A DNA stretch of 37,078 nucleotides from a virus. Taxonomy: Duplodnaviria; Caudoviricetes. The position numbers and the translations under genes were made by a program. The stretch spans positions 1-37,078 of IMG/VR virus record IMGVR_UViG_3300009103_000082. One strand, given 5' to 3'. The notes under the pieces are model-generated. The model did not search any database, had not been told where the DNA came from, and saw nothing but the letters and a program-made list of their open reading frames with translations. Shown piece by piece: positions 17,697-23,861 of the stretch (positions are counted from its first letter, which is position 1; each line of letters begins with the position of its first letter).

Positions 17697-18941
17697 TCAA
17701 TACCCTGCTACGGAGTCTAAAAGTTCGTGATCATCGAACTCATATTCTGGTTGGTAAGTTATCTTTTGAAGTTGGTCAATATACGCTAATGCGTCAACGC
17801 AGTCATCATGCGTCAATATATCGGGGAACTGATAAAGCTCGTCCAAAAAAACATCGTTCCATTCTCCCCGATTTAATTTAATCTTCCCGTTTTCAAAACG
17901 TCCCTGTAAAGCCCACATAACACGATCAGTCTTGCTTTTATTTCCATGCGTTAGTTCTTCGATTTTAAAATACCTGTTGTATTGGCGCATAAGGTCTGTC
18001 AAAGGGCTAATTACTGCCTGTTTCGCAATGCCCCTTTCAATCCCTACCGAAATAGGCTCATAGTCCCTAACTACCTGGAATATCTTAATAGCGGTCTGGT
18101 TTAAGTCCCACCGCCCATAAATAATGTCTTTAACCCACCAACCGTGTTCATTTACCTTAACAACCGCTATAGCCGTATTATCAAGTCTGGTGTTTTTGGT
18201 TTTGGGCTTGTTCATTTCAGCAAACCCCGCAAGGTCAGCCGCTACATAATATTCACCACCCATAGGTTCTTTTTCGTCAAAGATTACCCATTCTTCCTTA
18301 AAGACCTCACTGCCTCTGGCTTCAAAAGAAGCCATGAATTCCTGCCGAAAAGCGTAAGAGGACATAGACTTCTTAGCCCCGTCAATCTCCGCTTTATCCA
18401 GAAGGCTGTTGTCATAGCTCGTATAATGCCAAGACCTGTAACCCTCTGTTTCTTCAGCTTGTTTGTAAAGCTCGTAAAAATGGTTACGCCCTATAGGTGT
18501 TCCAATAAACAAACAACCACCCCTTAAGTCAGTCAGCGCAGGTCTTAATATGGATTCCCACACTTCAGGCTTCATGTCTGCGTATTCGTCCATAACCAGA
18601 TAAAACAGGCTTATACCCCGCATAGTCTCTGGCCTGTCAGCCCCTTTGAGCGAGATAATAATATTGTTGGTCAGGGTGATCTGCATATTGTTGACATGAG
18701 AAGCCTTAATCACTTCACTTCCCAGTTCAAGCAGCATATTCCACATAATGTCCCTAGCCTGACCTTGGGTTGGAGCCACATAGAAAATATGGCCTTTGTC
18801 AGTGCTAAGGGCTTTAACAAGCAGCAAATAAGCCGCTAGGCGGGACTTTCCAGTACGTCTTCCGGCAGCAACAACCTTGAAACGGCTGTCATCACCCCAG
18901 ACTTCTTCTTGCCAGGGCAATAAATTTATATCGAGTTTCAA
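17697..18941 (-). CDS. terL: Terminase large subunit
   Basis: Walker A AAGRRTGKS, Walker B LVMDEYAD, FIGTPIG, nuclease motifs ADLAG and HDDCVDALAY; the TTG start overlaps the TGA of the upstream 40-aa ORF. Confidence 0.95.
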   Translation of the reverse strand: MKLDINLLPWQEEVWGDDSRFKVVAAGRRTGKSRLAAYLLLVKALSTDKGHIFYVAPTQGQARDIMWNMLLELGSEVIKASHVNNMQITLTNNIIISLKGADRPETMRGISLFYLVMDEYADMKPEVWESILRPALTDLRGGCLFIGTPIGRNHFYELYKQAEETEGYRSWHYTSYDNSLLDKAEIDGAKKSMSSYAFRQEFMASFEARGSEVFKEEWVIFDEKEPMGGEYYVAADLAGFAEMNKPKTKNTRLDNTAIAVVKVNEHGWWVKDIIYGRWDLNQTAIKIFQVVRDYEPISVGIERGIAKQAVISPLTDLMRQYNRYFKIEELTHGNKSKTDRVMWALQGRFENGKIKLNRGEWNDVFLDELYQFPDILTHDDCVDALAYIDQLQKITYQPEYEFDDHELLDSVAGY

Positions 18942-19060
18942 CGGCTTCTACGGGATTTTCTTACGTTGGTCATTTTCTGCCCTGTCCGTTGAGCCTGCCT
19001 TCTAGCAGCCGCCTTTCCTTTGGCTGTATACGGATAATGCTTTTTACCGACTCTAGGCAT
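18938..19060 (-). CDS. 40-aa highly basic protein (not in ORF track)
   Basis: MPRVGKKHYPYTAKGKAAARRQAQRTGQKMTNVRKSRRSR; GAGGTG RBS; stop overlaps the TerL start (TTGA). Confidence 0.75.
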   Translation of the reverse strand: MPRVGKKHYPYTAKGKAAARRQAQRTGQKMTNVRKSRRSR

Positions 19061-19068
19061 ATCTCACC

Positions 19069-19248
19069 TCAATTTAATCTAAGATCACTAATAGACCACT
19101 CGCCCGTTTTGATAAAGGTTTCCCCTACATCAACCTGACGGAATTCTCTGGTCGATATGAATTTTCCTTCGTTATCCCTGTATTGGTACAAAGTAATAGA
19201 ACCGTCTTCATTATGGGTTTCACGGTAGGTGGTAACATCATCCTTCAT
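19069..19248 (-). CDS. 59-aa hypothetical protein (not in ORF track)
   Basis: MKDDVTTYRETHNEDGSITLYQYRDNEGKFISTREFRQVDVGETFIKTGEWSISDLRLN; overlaps the thermonuclease stop and fills the gap. Confidence 0.55.
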   Translation of the reverse strand: MKDDVTTYRETHNEDGSITLYQYRDNEGKFISTREFRQVDVGETFIKTGEWSISDLRLN

Positions 19249-19636
19249 GCTTTAACGCCTTTCGGTTAGCCAGATGTGCTTTTTGAATTTCCTTCTTGTT
19301 CTGTCCGGTATAGGGAACCGCTAACTTTTCCCTGATAAGGATTTTCGTAATAAATCCCTTTCCCGTTTTAAACTCACCCAAGTACCTTCCAAATTTTCCT
19401 TTCTTCGTTGTTCTAAGCGGGTAGGACTTGCCGAGCTGTAAATGTTCCTGAACGCATTTCTTTGCAAGTAATCCATGCGCTTTTTCCTGTTTATCTCTTG
19501 TGCGAGATTCGGGAGTATCAATACCAGCAAGACGTATACGCTGCTTATGAAGCCAGCAATCAAAACCAAGATTAATGTCGACATCTATCGTATCCCCATC
19601 AATAACCCTGACTATCGTAGCTTCGTACTCATACAT
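19238..19636 (-). CDS. Thermonuclease (SNase-like) family nuclease
   Basis: VRVIDGDTID..RIRLAGIDTPE..GKFGRYLG motifs. Confidence 0.9.
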   Translation of the reverse strand: MYEYEATIVRVIDGDTIDVDINLGFDCWLHKQRIRLAGIDTPESRTRDKQEKAHGLLAKKCVQEHLQLGKSYPLRTTKKGKFGRYLGEFKTGKGFITKILIREKLAVPYTGQNKKEIQKAHLANRKALKHEG

Positions 19637-19645
19637 AACAAATAC

Positions 19646-20071
19646 CTACACATCATCTTCCTCAATAGCCTGGACTTCTACTACCTCCTTCTCCTGAACC
19701 AACGAATTTACGTTAATTTGAATCTGGGGCTTCTCGGCCGTTCTAAGCTTGTTTTCGCTCCACCCTGCCTGAGTCTTGAGGAAAAAGATTGCGGCCGTTG
19801 TATCGCCTCCTATGGCTTTGTTGACCAGATTAGACGCTACTTCCGCGACCTTATCACTCTTGTGTTTTTTATACAGTGCAGCAACCTCTTCATCACGTTC
19901 CAGTATTTTAAAGAAAGTCCTGCGGGGAATCTTCAGGGAATCAGCAATCATATCAGTCGTTAAATAAGGAGCCATCCAAGTCAGCTTCTCCTTTTGCTCT
20001 TCAGTAAGCACAATCATCGGCCTACCGCCTAAATTCTTTTCAGGGGCTTTGTCAGGTACTAGGTCAGTCAT
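19646..20071 (-). CDS. terS: Terminase small subunit
   Basis: GGRP, HTH (IADSLKIPRRTFFK), AIGGDTTAAIFFLKTQAGWSE; first gene of the late arm. Confidence 0.8.
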   Translation of the reverse strand: MTDLVPDKAPEKNLGGRPMIVLTEEQKEKLTWMAPYLTTDMIADSLKIPRRTFFKILERDEEVAALYKKHKSDKVAEVASNLVNKAIGGDTTAAIFFLKTQAGWSENKLRTAEKPQIQINVNSLVQEKEVVEVQAIEEDDV

Positions 20072-20085
20072 GACATAACATCCTA

Positions 20086-20101
20086 TGTTCCACGTGAAAC
20101 A
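20086..20101. promoter_or_regulatory. parS: parS centromere-like site (ParB binding)
   Basis: TGTTCCACGTGAAACA (reverse complement TGTTTCACGTGGAACA), 16/16 match to the widespread bacterial parS consensus TGTTNCACGTGAAACA; intergenic. Confidence 0.85.
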
Positions 20102-20397
20102 ATATAATCCGAACTTTTAGAACTTTTCGACATATCTTGCGTTTTCCGAATAATACAAACCAGAAACCCGAACTACAAGCAGTTCACAGTTCCGGTTTTG
20201 TATGTGGGTGGGAACTATATAAATTAAGTAGGCCCGCGCCCCCTCCCCGTCCTCTTTTTCCGACCCCCTCAACATTAATGAACCTAAACTGTTGGTTCTA
20301 GTTTGTTGGGGAGTGCTTGAACTGACTGCAGAGAAAAGAAAGAGAGAGAGAAGTACCCAAAACAAACAAATGATTTATTAGAAAACGTAAATAATTA

Positions 20398-20426
20398 TTG
20401 ACCTGATGAAATGTTTAAACTAGAAT
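20398..20426 (+). promoter_or_regulatory. Sigma70-type early promoter
   Basis: TTGACC-N17-TAGAAT with an AT-rich upstream element; GTTTAAAC palindrome in the spacer. Confidence 0.8.
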
Positions 20427-20462
20427 CACTCTATCACTAAATAAAAGAGGATACTTATACAG

Positions 20463-20660
20463 ATGAAGCAATATCAAAGACACTTAGAAATGGCCGACAA
20501 ACTGGCAGCAGTTGGAAACTACGGCTTAGCCATTACCAACATTGAAGCCCTCATCAGATCAGCGAGAAGCGATAAAGCGAAAGCATACTTGCAATCTAAG
20601 CTTTTAGATATAGACCTTAAGCGGCTTATGATTATCGAACTGTTAGACGCCTCCAACTAA
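20463..20660 (+). CDS. Early hypothetical protein
   Basis: 65 aa; GAGGA RBS; first gene after the early promoter. Confidence 0.65.
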   Translation: MKQYQRHLEMADKLAAVGNYGLAITNIEALIRSARSDKAKAYLQSKLLDIDLKRLMIIELLDASN

Positions 20661-20695
20661 TCTATCCAAATCAATTAACTAAGGAGAAGAAAGCA

Positions 20696-20956
20696 ATGAG
20701 CAGGCAATACCCAATCTACAACAAAGTCACCGCTTGTATCTATAAGTCAGATAAAAGCTACGGAGTGCGGGAAACTGGCGAGGTGGAAGTGTTAGTCGGT
20801 ACATCCAGCAAGAACTCGCACCACTTCGTTAAGCACTCAACAACCCACAGAATCCATGACAACGGCGACCGTGAGTATAGATTTTATGTTGACGGCCAAG
20901 TGATCAAGACAGCAATCCTAAAGAAAGGCGAGTCTAAATTATCGATAACTAATTAG
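20696..20956 (+). CDS. Early hypothetical protein
   Basis: 86 aa; TAAGGAG RBS. Confidence 0.75.
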   Translation: MSRQYPIYNKVTACIYKSDKSYGVRETGEVEVLVGTSSKNSHHFVKHSTTHRIHDNGDREYRFYVDGQVIKTAILKKGESKLSITN

Positions 20957-21033
20957 CTAAATTTTTAAAGAACGAGAGGGCGTTTAAACGTCCTCTTATG
21001 CCGTAAGTATATAAAAACTAAGGAGAAAAAACA

Positions 21034-21453
21034 ATGAGCGCACAAGCAATCGAGACATACAGAAGCAAAAAACATTTAGGGCTCAGGGAGCAGGTTCAGA
21101 CTTTAGTAGAGAAAGACCACAACCTTATTAGTTTAAATCCCGAAGTAATTGGGGTATTAAATTTAACTTACACAATGCTGAACAAATCTATTATCGACGC
21201 AAATGAAAGTATCCGTCGACTGGCTATGCTTTTCCATGTTGATTACGACGAATTAAAAGCAGGTGAAAGACGTAAGATACCTGCTCTGTTTGCAACTGGA
21301 ACAAAAAGCACGGTCACTTTTTATAAAACCAAACGAGGTGATAGGCGTATTTCTATCCAAAAAATCAACAAGGAAGCTGAGGTTGGAGACACTCTGAACC
21401 TCACCTATGCCCACTCCGCAGATGGAAGTCTAATTCTGGTTGTGAGGGTGTAA
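21034..21453 (+). CDS. Stand-alone domain resembling the N-terminal region of long MvaI/BcnI-family restriction proteins
   Basis: LTYTMLNKSIIDANESIR..DY..TVTFYKTKRGDRRISIQKINKEAEVGDTL; no PD-(D/E)xK nuclease domain; TAAGGAG RBS; family call is from recall. Confidence 0.5.
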   Translation: MSAQAIETYRSKKHLGLREQVQTLVEKDHNLISLNPEVIGVLNLTYTMLNKSIIDANESIRRLAMLFHVDYDELKAGERRKIPALFATGTKSTVTFYKTKRGDRRISIQKINKEAEVGDTLNLTYAHSADGSLILVVRV

Positions 21454-21455
21454 CC

Positions 21456-21608
21456 ATGAAAAAACTTCACAGAGCGGCCAAAAATTCTTGGATAGGGTAT
21501 CGTGAGTTTGGCAAGGGAGTCCTGATTGGCGCGGCGTTTACATTTGGCGCGGCGTTTACGGCGTTTTATTTTTATGCCCTTATCACTTTTATTTTTCTTG
21601 TCGGGTAG
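21456..21608 (+). CDS. 50-aa small membrane protein (not in ORF track)
   Basis: MKKLHRAAKNSWIGYREFGKGVLIGAAFTFGAAFTAFYFYALITFIFLVG; fits exactly between its neighbours. Confidence 0.6.
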   Translation: MKKLHRAAKNSWIGYREFGKGVLIGAAFTFGAAFTAFYFYALITFIFLVG

Positions 21609-21611
21609 CCC

Positions 21612-21857
21612 ATGAGCGTCATCAGACCATATCACGACCAAAAAGACACTGTGACTATTAAACTTAACGGAGCAGAGATTGAGTACGAGGTTAATTACGA
21701 CGTAGTTTTAGCCGAACCGGACATTGGAGTATTCGGAAACGGCAACGTAGCGATTGTACTTAATTGGGCAAGAAACCTGGAGACTGATGAACACCTAAAC
21801 GACAACACGATAATCGAGAGTTTGATTACAGACGAGCTGTTTAAACAGCTTCCCTAA
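21612..21857 (+). CDS. Hypothetical protein
   Basis: 81-aa acidic ORF in the operon. Confidence 0.6.
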   Translation: MSVIRPYHDQKDTVTIKLNGAEIEYEVNYDVVLAEPDIGVFGNGNVAIVLNWARNLETDEHLNDNTIIESLITDELFKQLP

Positions 21858-21864
21858 TTAAAAA

Positions 21865-21889
21865 CGCCACCCTGCATAACAAGGTGGCG
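21865..21889 (+). terminator. Hairpin, possible terminator of the first early operon
   Basis: CGCCACC-N11-GGTGGCG just after the stop codon; weak T tract. Confidence 0.4.
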
Positions 21890-21897
21890 CTGTTGAT

Positions 21898-21926
21898 TTG
21901 ATATTCCGAGCGAAAGAGAATATCTT
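21898..21926 (+). promoter_or_regulatory. Sigma70-type promoter overlapped by an inverted repeat
   Basis: TTGATA-N17-TATCTT; GATATTC...GAATATC inverted repeat (21900-21924) spans it; predicted start near 21933. Confidence 0.6.
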
Positions 21927-21932
21927 TTAAAT

Positions 21933-22290
21933 TGTCGGCGGGTTAGCAGCCCTTAATGCCGAGCGGGAAAGAGAGAAAGCACTGAGCACTACCGACAGTC
22001 GCAATTCTCCTATCCCCTCAAGCAATAAGTCAAGCATTCCCGCCACAAGATATTGTGGTGTTGCCTATGTCCGACCACTAAAAACTCAAGACATACTCCA
22101 AGTGAGGTTAAGCGAAGACAAAATCTAGGCGCTGTCTAACCCTTGACAACCTAGCCCATGAAGTCTGATGTATTCAGGAGCGATTCACTCTGGAGAGTGG
22201 CCGAAAGGCGGGGGAACATTGAGTACCTGATACACATTTTTTGTGTATTACTGTTGATTCAGGCATGAGTTAAAGGATTAGCTTCATGGG
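21933..22290 (+). ncRNA. Putative long structured non-coding RNA or leader
   Basis: No ORF of 60 aa or more; a dense series of hairpins and nested long-range stems including a GAAA tetraloop; begins at the predicted transcription start. Confidence 0.55.
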
Positions 22291-22335
22291 GGAAAAAGGG
22301 GAAGTTATAACTTATTGAAACTACAGGAGAAAATT

Positions 22336-22707
22336 ATGTCTGATGATGATGATTTTGATACAACAGACCCGTTCAAACTATATCGAAGCGATGACCCAGA
22401 AACCTCAGCTATTGGGGCGCACATTGTCAATAGCGCACACTTGAAACAGATAGTGTATGCGATGGTTAAGGACTCTGGCATGAGAGGACTAACCCCGAAG
22501 GAAGCTGAAGTAGCCTACGAAAAGCTCTTAGGAAGAAGAGTTACTGGCGGGACAATTTCCGGCAGACCCAAAAATTTAGAAGAGGATGGTTTGATCTTTT
22601 ATTTGGGGGATAAGCGCGACAACAGCAGGGTTATGCGAGTCAAGGACTGGGATGGAAAGTTATTTTTAAACGCAGCCGGAGAAGCGGCTTTAATTGAGGA
22701 GAAATAG
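22336..22707 (+). CDS. Winged-helix DNA-binding protein
   Basis: Start moved to ATG 22336 (AGGAG RBS); RSDDPETS..GLTPKE..TISGRPKNLEEDGLI pattern of phage wHTH proteins. Confidence 0.65.
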   Translation: MSDDDDFDTTDPFKLYRSDDPETSAIGAHIVNSAHLKQIVYAMVKDSGMRGLTPKEAEVAYEKLLGRRVTGGTISGRPKNLEEDGLIFYLGDKRDNSRVMRVKDWDGKLFLNAAGEAALIEEK

Positions 22708-22905
22708 ATGAGCATAAGAGAAACCAACTTAATTGTTTTTTCGGCAGAAGAAGCGCAGTTGCTGAGGGATGTAATCACTCAGCCTCAATTAACTCAGGAA
22801 GCAGAACATTTGCGGGTTCTTGAACAGTTTATTTCGTCAACTCAGGATTTGATCGTTGATGAAATTAAAGTCTTTACAACTAAAGTTATAGAGGCTGACG
22901 CATGA
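22708..22905 (+). CDS. Hypothetical protein
   Basis: 65 aa; GAGGAG RBS; coupled to both neighbours. Confidence 0.65.
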   Translation: MSIRETNLIVFSAEEAQLLRDVITQPQLTQEAEHLRVLEQFISSTQDLIVDEIKVFTTKVIEADA

Positions 22906-23261
22906 GGAGAAGGGTGGCGTATTGCCAGCAGTTTGAAAGGTTTTGGGCGCGGGCAGACCCCTCACTTGGAGCAAAAGGAAGCAAGAAGGAGGCTTACGCA
23001 GCATGGGCATCTATGGTGGAGTCACAAGAGGACGCAGCTTTTATCATTCAAGCCTATGATGCTCAGGCACAAGCTAAGCGAGAGCTTAAAGGGAAGGGGC
23101 TTTTCTTTGCCCCATTCCCAAACCTATGCAGATACATAAAGCACGAGAGGTTCGATGATGGAATTGATCAACAGCAAAGCACCGGAACAAAAGATGATAG
23201 AAGAAAAGAAGAGTATCGCGCCTACCTGGAACACGCGAGAGCCAACTGGGGAGATACCTAG
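22902..23261 (+). CDS. Replication initiator (O-like / replisome organiser) C-terminal domain only
   Basis: FERFW..KGSKKEAYAAW..PFPNLCRYIKHERFDD matches the FxxFW..K..A..AW..P...WL...RWED motif of phage initiators. Confidence 0.65.
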   Translation: MRRRVAYCQQFERFWARADPSLGAKGSKKEAYAAWASMVESQEDAAFIIQAYDAQAQAKRELKGKGLFFAPFPNLCRYIKHERFDDGIDQQQSTGTKDDRRKEEYRAYLEHARANWGDT

Positions 23262-23568
23262 AGAGCTTTGGGCGCGGGTATGGGCTTCTTTGGAGCTAAG
23301 CGGCTTAGTTACTGATGGAGTAGCCAGTGCAACGTCAGAATTTTGGCGGTCAAACTGCAAGAAGTTTAGTAATCAAGCATTAATAGAGGGAGCTAAGCGG
23401 TCTACGAATTTTGATGGCGGAAAATTGACGCTTCCTAAATTCAAAAAACTCTGCTTTGAAAACACAGCGTTTAAACGCTACGCAAAAGAAGAGTTAGAGA
23501 GCAAGCCACTCCCAAAAGAAGAGATAAAAAAAAGAATAGCCGAGCTAAAAGCCGCCTTGAAGATATAG
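23155..23568 (+). CDS. Lambda P-like helicase loader (start uncertain)
   Basis: FWRSNCKKFSNQALIEG..LTLPKFKKLC..IAELKAAL; directly follows the O-like gene. Confidence 0.55.
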   Translation: MMELINSKAPEQKMIEEKKSIAPTWNTREPTGEIPRELWARVWASLELSGLVTDGVASATSEFWRSNCKKFSNQALIEGAKRSTNFDGGKLTLPKFKKLCFENTAFKRYAKEELESKPLPKEEIKKRIAELKAALKI

Positions 23569-23608
23569 ACCGGACAAAAGTTCAGAGTATTGTCCGAAAT
23601 TGTGAGGC

Positions 23609-23638
23609 GAATACGTTTGAGTACGTTTGAATACGGTT
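23609..23638. repeat. 3 x 10-bp imperfect tandem repeat followed by an AT-rich tract
   Basis: GAATACGTTT GAGTACGTTT GAATACGGTT; 23641-23700 contains only 7 G/C in 60 nt. Confidence 0.7.
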
Positions 23639-23655
23639 TCTAATAAACTTAATTA

Positions 23656-23684
23656 TTGTTATTAATCCGTAAAAATTATATTAT
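23656..23684 (+). promoter_or_regulatory. Possible sigma70 promoter for the recombination operon
   Basis: TTGTTA-N17-TATTAT upstream of a TAAGGAG RBS. Confidence 0.5.
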
Positions 23685-23714
23685 TTGGTTTATAAATAAA
23701 CTAAGGAGAACAGT

Positions 23715-23861
23715 ATGGGAAGAGTAAAAGAGGAGCTGTTAAGCGAAGCAGCTTGTTATGTTTGCGACAAAATATTGACGCATGAAGAGGAGAGCAAAGA
23801 GCTATGCTCTAAATGCGAAAACCAATCAGAGGAAGGAGAGCCAAATGCCAGTACAAATTAA
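23715..23861 (+). CDS. 48-aa zinc-finger protein (not in ORF track)
   Basis: MGRVKEELLSEAACYVCDKILTHEEESKELCSKCENQSEEGEPNASTN; CxxC-x13-CxxC; strong TAAGGAG RBS. Confidence 0.7.
   Translation: MGRVKEELLSEAACYVCDKILTHEEESKELCSKCENQSEEGEPNASTN

Noticed and set aside
20117-20365. 82-aa minus-strand ORF upstream of terS
   Set aside because: TTG start, no RBS, derived from low-complexity purine and G-run tracts; more likely regulatory DNA
21837-21848. LexA (SOS) box in CTGTTTAAACAG
   Set aside because: The spacing is CTGT-N4-ACAG, not the CTGT-N8-ACAG required
22165-22210. Hammerhead ribozyme (CTGATG ... GAAA)
   Set aside because: The core reads CUGAUGU, not CUGAUGA, and the GAAA is a tetraloop closing its own stem, so the topology does not fit
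21933-22290. tRNA gene in the non-coding region
   Set aside because: I could not build a cloverleaf with a canonical TTCRA T-loop and a 7-nt anticodon loop
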